Below, piece by piece: positions 57,563 through 64,000 of a DNA stretch of 64,000 nt. This DNA is from SAR202 cluster bacterium (lineage in GTDB: Bacteria > Chloroflexota > Dehalococcoidia > Lucifugimonadales > UBA826). The position numbers and the translations under genes are program-made. The notes beneath the pieces were generated by a model. The model had not been told where the DNA came from. It saw only the letters and a program-made list of their open reading frames with translations, and searched no databases. How positions within the stretch are numbered: the first letter of the stretch is position 1; each line of letters starts with the position of its first letter. The stretch is from NCBI GenBank assembly GCA_008373095.1, contig RQOP01000044.1, positions 2,379-66,378 of the forward strand. The letters run 5' to 3'.

Positions 57563-58704
57563 CACCAGGTAAAAGTCTTATGCAGGTACATCAACAGACT
57601 AGTGAACATTCGGATGCAATAGATCTTATGGTCAACATGGGGCCTCAGCATCCCAGTACTCATGGCGTCTTCCGACTTGTCATATGGGTTGATGGTGAGC
57701 GTATTGTTAGGGTGGAGCCTCATATTGGCTACCTGCATCGCGGGTCAGAAAAGATATGTGAGAGTGAGCAATATAACCAGATTGTGACGCTTTTTGATCG
57801 CCTGGACTATGTTGGAAATCTGAACAATGAACTGGCATTTTGTCTAGCTGTGGAAAAACTCACAGAAACTGTCGTGCCCGAGAGGGCTGAATATATAAGG
57901 GTCATACTCTGCGAGTTAAATAGAATAGCGAGTCATATGCTTTTCTATGGGGTATATGGTTTGGATGCTGGTGCGACTACCCCGATGCTATACGGTTTTC
58001 GTGAAAGGGAAAGGGTTCAAGAACTTTTTGAAAGTGTAACTGGTGCAAGGATGATGCACAATTACATTCGGATTGGGGGAGTGAAAGAGGATGTTCCAGC
58101 TGATTTTGAAAAAAATGTACGAAAACTGTTAGACGATTTGAAACAAGGCGTTGAAGAATGTGACAGTTTGTTATCCCAAAACGAGATGTTTCTTGCACGG
58201 ACAAAAGGGGTTGGGGTCATCAGTGGTGACGAAGCTTTAGATTATGGAGTGACTGGACCAGCGCTTCGTGCTTCAGGTGTCGTAGAAGACGTGAGGGTTA
58301 CAGATCCATACTCTATTTATGAGCGGTTCGATTTTGGAATCCCAGTTGGTAGTATGGGAGATTGTTGGGACAGATATTTTGTTCGTGTTGAAGAAATGAG
58401 AGAGTCGATCAAAATAATAGAACAAGCTCTTTCCGAACTGCCAAAAGGTGAGATTTCTGCGAAAGTTAGAAGAATAGTCAGACCTCCGGCCGGAGATGTA
58501 TTCATTCGCACGGAATCCCCACGAGGTGACCTGGGGGTTTATATAGTCAGTGATGGGTCAGATAAGCCCTATAGAGTTAAGGTAAGACCTCCCTCTTTTG
58601 CTAATTTACAAGCCTTGGAATATATGTTGAAAGATACATATATTGCAGATGCTGTATTGGTGCTAGGGTCCATCGATATCATAATGGGAGAGGTGGATCG
58701 ATGA
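57556..58704 (+). CDS. nuoD: NADH-quinone oxidoreductase subunit D
   Basis: NMGPQHPSTHGVFRL, HIGYLHRG.EK, C-terminal SIDIIMGEVDR. Confidence 0.92.
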   Translation: MVTPGKSLMQVHQQTSEHSDAIDLMVNMGPQHPSTHGVFRLVIWVDGERIVRVEPHIGYLHRGSEKICESEQYNQIVTLFDRLDYVGNLNNELAFCLAVEKLTETVVPERAEYIRVILCELNRIASHMLFYGVYGLDAGATTPMLYGFRERERVQELFESVTGARMMHNYIRIGGVKEDVPADFEKNVRKLLDDLKQGVEECDSLLSQNEMFLARTKGVGVISGDEALDYGVTGPALRASGVVEDVRVTDPYSIYERFDFGIPVGSMGDCWDRYFVRVEEMRESIKIIEQALSELPKGEISAKVRRIVRPPAGDVFIRTESPRGDLGVYIVSDGSDKPYRVKVRPPSFANLQALEYMLKDTYIADAVLVLGSIDIIMGEVDR

Positions 58705-59840
58705 TTTTGGCAGATATCATATATTTGTTTCTAAAAGCATCTTTACTTCTAAGTTTTATTCTTGTTGTAGTCCTTGTGTTAACTTTAGCTGAACGAAAAG
58801 CTTTGGCACGAATACAGCAAAGGAAAGGGCCAAACAGAGTAGGATTTAAAGGCTTTCTTCAGCCGTTTGCAGATGCCCTTAAATTGCTGACCAAAGAGGA
58901 CATTCTTCCATCATCTGCGAATAAACGCATCTTTTGGATTGCTCCACTAGCCGTGTTCCTTCCCGGATTTTTAATTTGGGTGACAATCCCAATGGCACAG
59001 GAAGTTGTATTGTCTAACCTAGATATGGGCTTGTTTTATATAACAGCTATTTCAGTCCTATCGGTTATGGGATTGCTGATGGCTGGTTGGGGGTCTGCTA
59101 ATAAATGGGCGATGATAGGAGGCTTGAGAGCGGCTGGGCAACTTATAAGCTATGAGATCCCATTCATAATGGCAATTTTATCGATAGCAATATTGGCCCA
59201 GTCATTTAACCTCAAGGAGATAGTTGATGATCAAGGGACCTGGCCTTTTGCTCTGAAACAGCCTTTAGGATTGTTTATATTTTTAACAGCAGGCTTGGCA
59301 GAATTAGGCAGAACACCTTTCGATATTCACCATGCAGAGTCTGAGGTAGTTGGGGGCCCATTTGTCGAATACAGTGGAGCTCATTGGTCAGTGTTTTATC
59401 TTGCTGAATACATGAACACATTTACGGTAGCTGTTTTAACGGTCATTTTATTTTTGGGAGGATGGCAGTCGCCGGCAATGCCGTTTACGGGTACTCTGCA
59501 AATGATTGTTTCATTGATTTGGTTTCTATCGAAAACTACCCTGGTAATATGGTTAATATTTTGGATCCGTGGTACCTATCCGAGGTTGAGAATAGACCAG
59601 CTGATGTCATTTGGTTGGAAGATACTAGTGCCAGCCTCGTTCATCAACATTTTTCTAACTGCATCTGTACTTTACTACGGTCTCGGTGAATGGGTCATAA
59701 CGATAATATCTTTGCTTTTAATATTGGCTACTTTTTACTTCATCAGAAGAGGATCTTTGTCTAAAACTAAACAGGATACCGTGAGGGTTATTCGGGCTGA
59801 TGACATAAGAGCTCAGCTTTCAAGTGGAGCTGAAGGTTAG
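58701..59840 (+). CDS. nuoH: NADH-quinone oxidoreductase subunit H
   Basis: LAERKALARIQQRKGPNRVG, GRTPFDIHHAESEVVGG. 4-nt overlap with nuoD. Confidence 0.92.
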   Translation: MILADIIYLFLKASLLLSFILVVVLVLTLAERKALARIQQRKGPNRVGFKGFLQPFADALKLLTKEDILPSSANKRIFWIAPLAVFLPGFLIWVTIPMAQEVVLSNLDMGLFYITAISVLSVMGLLMAGWGSANKWAMIGGLRAAGQLISYEIPFIMAILSIAILAQSFNLKEIVDDQGTWPFALKQPLGLFIFLTAGLAELGRTPFDIHHAESEVVGGPFVEYSGAHWSVFYLAEYMNTFTVAVLTVILFLGGWQSPAMPFTGTLQMIVSLIWFLSKTTLVIWLIFWIRGTYPRLRIDQLMSFGWKILVPASFINIFLTASVLYYGLGEWVITIISLLLILATFYFIRRGSLSKTKQDTVRVIRADDIRAQLSSGAEG

Positions 59841-60380
59841 ATGAAAATACAAGCTCCTATGATTGGGTTCATAAATGGTCTTTTGGTTACCATAAAAACC
59901 ACTCTGAGAAGGCCGGTGACAGCTGAATATCCTTCTGTTGAGAAACGTTTAGCTCTTTCCGATAGATACATGGGGTTTCCGGCATTGACTTGGGATTACG
60001 ATGTAAAAGAGCCATATTGTACGGGTTGTATGGTATGCGTCCGCGAGTGTCCTACGCAGTGCATGTCTGCTCAAATGAAGGATAACCCCAAACATGAAGA
60101 AAACTTGAGTAGAAGACGTAAAATAATTGATAGCTTCGAAATAAATTTAGGGAGATGTATTCTTTGCGGCATATGTGTTGACGTATGTAATTTTGATGCT
60201 ATCGAAATGTCCCATGAATATGAATTGAGCAAATATCAAAGAAATGCAAACAGGGTTAATTTGAATCAATTGTTGGACATGGGCAGCTCATTCCAGAATA
60301 AAATTGGGTGGAAACCCAAACAACCACAAAAAAATAGTGGTGTGCCACAACCTCCCAAAGCGTCTGAGGAATCTTCCTAA
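59841..60380 (+). CDS. nuoI: NADH-quinone oxidoreductase subunit I
   Basis: Two 4Fe-4S motifs, CTGCMVCVRECP and CILCGICVDVCN. Confidence 0.9.
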   Translation: MKIQAPMIGFINGLLVTIKTTLRRPVTAEYPSVEKRLALSDRYMGFPALTWDYDVKEPYCTGCMVCVRECPTQCMSAQMKDNPKHEENLSRRRKIIDSFEINLGRCILCGICVDVCNFDAIEMSHEYELSKYQRNANRVNLNQLLDMGSSFQNKIGWKPKQPQKNSGVPQPPKASEESS

Positions 60381-60871
60381 TGAGTGTTTTCTTTTTTGCA
60401 ATTGCCGCATTTATTGTTATAGCTGGCGGTATCGGGGTAGTGGCAGCAAGAAATATTGTTTATGCTGCCTTGTCATTGTTGGCGGTGATGGTGGGAACCG
60501 CCGGCATATTTTTGATAGGACTTGCCGAATTCTTAGCGTTAGTACAGCTTTTAATATACGGAGGAGCTGTAGTTATTGTGATCCTTTTTGCTCTCATGTT
60601 GACGAGGATTCAAGATTTCGAATTTTTGTCGGCTAATAAACATTGGCCATTAGCGTTGATTGTGTCTATATCTTTCTTGGTTTTATTTCTCATTTCCATT
60701 TTGGTGAATAAAAGAACAATTACTGAAATGAGTGGCGTCGATATTTCTGAGCTCGGACTCACTCTTTTTGCCGATTGGGCTATTCCATTTGAACTCGCCT
60801 CGTTGGTGTTACTTATTGCTCTCATAGGAGCGGTTGTCGTAGTACGCAGGGATAATGAGGAAAACAGGTAA
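60380..60871 (+). CDS. nuoJ: NADH-quinone oxidoreductase subunit J
   Basis: 163 aa, 5 TMS. LVQLLIYGGAVVIVILFALML is typical of NuoJ. Operon position fits. Confidence 0.85.
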   Translation: MSVFFFAIAAFIVIAGGIGVVAARNIVYAALSLLAVMVGTAGIFLIGLAEFLALVQLLIYGGAVVIVILFALMLTRIQDFEFLSANKHWPLALIVSISFLVLFLISILVNKRTITEMSGVDISELGLTLFADWAIPFELASLVLLIALIGAVVVVRRDNEENR

Positions 60872-61185
60872 TGGAACTTATTTACTTTCAACTGTTAGCG
60901 GCTATTCTTTTTTGTATCGGAATATATGGCGTGTTGGCTAGAAAAAGCGCTGTCCTAATATTGATGTCAATAGAGTTAATGCTCAACGCTGTTAATATTA
61001 ACTTGATTGGATATGCAGCTTTTTCAAGCCTAGGAGCGGCTCATAAAAATCTAGGACAAGTTTTGGTGATATTTATTATTACTATAGCCGCAGCAGAACT
61101 TGCATTGGCTATGGCTATTATTTTGCGGCTTTACAGAAATAAAAATAACGTCAACGTCGACGAATTAGATATCTTAAAAGGCTAG
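60871..61185 (+). CDS. nuoK: NADH-quinone oxidoreductase subunit K
   Basis: 104 aa, 3 TMS. LMSIELMLNAVNIN and AAAELALAMAI. Confidence 0.88.
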   Translation: MELIYFQLLAAILFCIGIYGVLARKSAVLILMSIELMLNAVNINLIGYAAFSSLGAAHKNLGQVLVIFIITIAAAELALAMAIILRLYRNKNNVNVDELDILKG

Positions 61186-61195
61186 TATCGGAACT

Positions 61196-63070
61196 ATGAT
61201 ATTGAGTGCTGAATATGCATGGGTGATACCTGGGTCCGCAGTTATAGCTTTTTGTTTAACTAGTTTATTTGGAAAAGCTCTTCCCTTTAAGGGAATCTTT
61301 TTACCAATAATTGCAGCTTTACTCGGATTTATTCTTTTTTGTTTCATATTCATTGATTTCATGTTGGCAGACGTTAGTGTGACAACAGCAAGCATAGATT
61401 GGATGGTTGTTGGAGATTGGTCCCTAACATGGGGATTTTCAGTCGATGAAATTTCTATTGTAATGTTGGGATTGGTAACCTTCATCTCTTTAGTTGTTCA
61501 AGTGTATTCAATAGGGTATATGTCTGGAGATCCTAGACTCTCTTGGTATTTTGCCGTCCATGCCTTGTTTGCAGGAGCAATGCTGGCTTTGGTTCTGGCT
61601 GATAATTTGCTGTTTCTCTACTTCTGTTGGGAGCTAGTAGGATTGGGGTCTTACCTGTTGATAGGGTTTTGGTTTGAGAAAAAGGCCGCATCCGAGGCGG
61701 CCAAAAAAGCCTTCATCACAACAAGGTTAGGGGATGTTGGTCTTCTTATCGGTATCATTTTACTGTTTAAGGCAACTGGTACATTTCATATCCCCTCCAT
61801 AATCCATGCAGCTCAAAATGGAGCCATTTCTGAATCTACTTTAATGTGGTCATCTCTAATGATATTCCTTGGCGCTATGGGGAAATCTGCCCAATTTCCC
61901 TTTCATGTTTGGCTTCCTGATGCAATGGAAGGGCCGACACCTGTATCTGCACTAATTCACGCGGCTACAATGGTGGTAGCAGGTGTTTATCTGATTGCTA
62001 GGATGCTGCCACTATTGGAGATTGTTCCCGGATTTTTGACAATTGTTGCTCTAGTCGGTCTGTTTACGTTTTTGTTTGCTGGGATCATAGCCTTAGTGAT
62101 GACCGATATAAAGAAGGTTTTGGCTTATTCCACAATTAGCCATCTAGGATTAATGATTTTAACTCTTGGCGCAGGTGGACTTGCCGCTGCAATGTTTCAC
62201 TTGGTTGTACATGGGTTTTCGAAGGCGCTTTTGTTCCTCGGCGCAGGTAGTGTAATGCATGGAATGAATGGTGAAACCGATTGTTGGAAGATGGGAGGGT
62301 TAAGAAGAAAAATGTCTGTGACATCGGTTACCTTTTTAATTGGTTGTCTGTCTTTGGCAGGGATAATTCCTTTGAGCGGTTTTTTTAGTAAAGATGAAAT
62401 GTTGATCGCGATCAATGATGGTTTAGGGCCCATTTTTCTTTTCGCCACTTTGGCTGGTGTTTTTTTAAGCTCCCTATACATGATTCGGTTGTATTGCTTG
62501 ATTTTTATGGGCCGCTCTAGAAGTGATGAAGCTAATAATTCCCACGAATCTCCTTCTGTCATGACATTTCCACTTCTAGTGCTGTCGCTGTTTGGTCTTT
62601 TATTAGGACTTCTTGCACTTCCGCTGCCTTTAGGGAATTTTGAAGGATTTGGAAATTTTATTGATTCGCATCATCATTTTCACGTTTCACCTTGGATAAC
62701 ACCACTTTCTCTTGGAGTGGCTTTGGCTGGTCTGATAATTGGGTTCATGTGTTATGGATATTCTAAAATTTCCCACGAATTAGCTGCTATGAAATTCGGG
62801 TATTTATACACATTAGTTCTTTCGAAATTTTATATAGACGAATTTTATCAATGGATAATAGACAAAATGGTTTTATCAACTGCTCGATTTGTTTCTATAT
62901 TTGATCGGGTTGTTGTTAATGATACTGGGGTTGATGGTATCGGAGTTTCTGTCGTTCTTTCGGCGTTTAAAGCAAGGCTTACACAGACTGGGAAACTGTA
63001 CAATTACGGAACCGCTATGGGTGTTGGTATATTGTTCATGGCCGTTATGTGGATATTGGTTAGCAGTTAA
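61196..63070 (+). CDS. nuoL: NADH-quinone oxidoreductase subunit L
   Basis: 624 aa. WELVGLGSYLLIGFW, GKSAQFPFHVWLPDAMEGPTPVSALIHAATMV, plus the C-terminal lateral-helix region. Confidence 0.92.
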   Translation: MILSAEYAWVIPGSAVIAFCLTSLFGKALPFKGIFLPIIAALLGFILFCFIFIDFMLADVSVTTASIDWMVVGDWSLTWGFSVDEISIVMLGLVTFISLVVQVYSIGYMSGDPRLSWYFAVHALFAGAMLALVLADNLLFLYFCWELVGLGSYLLIGFWFEKKAASEAAKKAFITTRLGDVGLLIGIILLFKATGTFHIPSIIHAAQNGAISESTLMWSSLMIFLGAMGKSAQFPFHVWLPDAMEGPTPVSALIHAATMVVAGVYLIARMLPLLEIVPGFLTIVALVGLFTFLFAGIIALVMTDIKKVLAYSTISHLGLMILTLGAGGLAAAMFHLVVHGFSKALLFLGAGSVMHGMNGETDCWKMGGLRRKMSVTSVTFLIGCLSLAGIIPLSGFFSKDEMLIAINDGLGPIFLFATLAGVFLSSLYMIRLYCLIFMGRSRSDEANNSHESPSVMTFPLLVLSLFGLLLGLLALPLPLGNFEGFGNFIDSHHHFHVSPWITPLSLGVALAGLIIGFMCYGYSKISHELAAMKFGYLYTLVLSKFYIDEFYQWIIDKMVLSTARFVSIFDRVVVNDTGVDGIGVSVVLSAFKARLTQTGKLYNYGTAMGVGILFMAVMWILVSS

Positions 63071-64000
63071 TGGAATTTCTCAGTTTTTCTAACCCAACAA
63101 CGCTGGTTGCCTTACCAATCCTTGGTTGCCTGATACTGCTTTTTGTTCCAGGCCAAAGACCTGATCTTGTTCGTTGGATATCTATTATTTTCGCTACTGT
63201 TGTTTTAGGTATATCGATTTATTTCTTTATATTCTTTGATCACAGTGAAGGTGGAAAACAATTCGTATACGAATATGAGTGGCTGTCGTTAGCTGGACCA
63301 TGGGTAGATTCTCAAAGGGCTATATCTATGTCTGTTGGAATAGATGGTATTGCAGCCACTATGGTTCTGTTAACAGGGATCGTAATGTTTACGGGAACTC
63401 TCGTCTCTTGGAACATCAATGTAAATAACAAGGATTTCTTTATCTTGTACTTTTTGCTGTTGTCAGGAGTATTTGGTGTTTTTATTGCCTATGATCTTTT
63501 CTTTTTCTTTTTCTTCTATGAATTGTCCGTTTTACCGATGTATCTACTTATAGCCAAATGGGGAAGTAGCAGTAAGTTCTCCTCTTTTGAGAGAACGAAA
63601 GAATACAGCGCTATGAAGCTCACATTAGTGCTCGTAGCCGGAAGTGTTCTCATTTGGGTTGCTATCATCGCCATGTTCGTTCAGTCTGGAGTTGGTAGCT
63701 TTCATATAGAAGAAATTCAGGCAGTGATGCCTGATAAGTTTTCTGTAGAGTTTCAAAGTTCCGTCTTTTTAATCCTTATGATCGGATTTGGAATACTCGC
63801 GGGATTATGGCCTTTTCACACTTGGTCACCTGATGGGCATGTTGCTGCACCTACGGCCGTAAGTATGGTTCACGCCGGAGTGCTGATGAAGCTGGGTGCG
63901 TTCGGTATTATTAGAGTCGGTATGACCCTTCTACCAGAAGGGGCTCAAATCTGGATGCCTCTTTTGATAGGGCTTGGGGCGGTTAATGTGATCTATGGAG
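63070..64000 (+). CDS. nuoM: NADH-quinone oxidoreductase subunit M (3' end beyond window)
   Basis: Not in the track because it is open at the window edge. My translation is MEFLSFSNPTTLVALPILGCLILLFVPGQRPDLVRW... and later WPFHTWSPDGHVAAPTAVSMVHAGVLMKLGAFG. The ATG overlaps the nuoL TAA by 1 nt. Confidence 0.85.
   Translation, partial: MEFLSFSNPTTLVALPILGCLILLFVPGQRPDLVRWISIIFATVVLGISIYFFIFFDHSEGGKQFVYEYEWLSLAGPWVDSQRAISMSVGIDGIAATMVLLTGIVMFTGTLVSWNINVNNKDFFILYFLLLSGVFGVFIAYDLFFFFFFYELSVLPMYLLIAKWGSSSKFSSFERTKEYSAMKLTLVLVAGSVLIWVAIIAMFVQSGVGSFHIEEIQAVMPDKFSVEFQSSVFLILMIGFGILAGLWPFHTWSPDGHVAAPTAVSMVHAGVLMKLGAFGIIRVGMTLLPEGAQIWMPLLIGLGAVNVIYG

Noticed and set aside
1-64000. Mobile elements, prophage, CRISPR arrays, rRNA or a defence island
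   Set aside because: No transposase, integrase or Cas-like translations, no repeat-spacer periodicity and no long direct or inverted terminal repeats noticed. Gene content is chromosomal housekeeping plus metabolism. The only excisionase-like HTH (13420..13614) has no recombinase partner.

Overview
AT-rich (about 40% GC by eye), gene-dense chromosomal window with about 60 protein genes on both strands and one tRNA. I found no rRNA, CRISPR array, transposase or integrase. All calls come from reading the supplied translations and the DNA by eye; no homology search was run.

Housekeeping content: obg (5' partial), rdgB, moaA, rnhA, moaC, pth, trpB, purF-purN-purM-purH, tilS, recX-recA, sucD-sucC, tRNA-Ser(UGA), rpsU, and a nuoA-B-C-D-H-I-J-K-L-M operon that runs off the window.

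Accessory and catabolic genes sit between these: a fumarate-lyase-fold enzyme, two CaiB-type CoA-transferases, an enolase-superfamily enzyme, a TPP enzyme, a sulfite-oxidase-family molybdoenzyme, three MFS transporters, a peptide-type ABC importer, gamma-glutamyltransferase, an opine-dehydrogenase-like enzyme and an MBL hydrolase.

The gene content hints at a marine Chloroflexota (SAR202-like) genome. This rests on the nuo operon lacking nuoEFG, the SCO1664/DUF3090 pair, the CaiB paralogs, an Ala/Pro-tethered binding protein and a small RRM protein. It is inference only.

Most interesting observations:
1. Two places where adjacent same-frame ORFs are separated by a single TGA that falls on the Cys position of a redox motif. 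One is D-U-G-T-C in a UGSC-like domain (TGA 5530-5532, minus strand), with a perfect SECIS-like hairpin 11 nt downstream. The other is C-K-Y-U in an AhpD/CMD-like protein (TGA 13041-13043, plus strand). Both look like selenoproteins that ordinary gene calling would split.
2. The UGSC-like gene is fused to a large uncharacterised domain and heads an operon with two CoA-transferase paralogs.
3. A four-gene cluster (29.7-33.1 kb) of uncharacterised His-rich, membrane and lipoprotein genes that looks like an undescribed metal-handling module.
4. Several unassigned cis elements: the purF leader, an rpsU leader hairpin, a palindrome upstream of recA and an operator-like palindrome upstream of the lyase.
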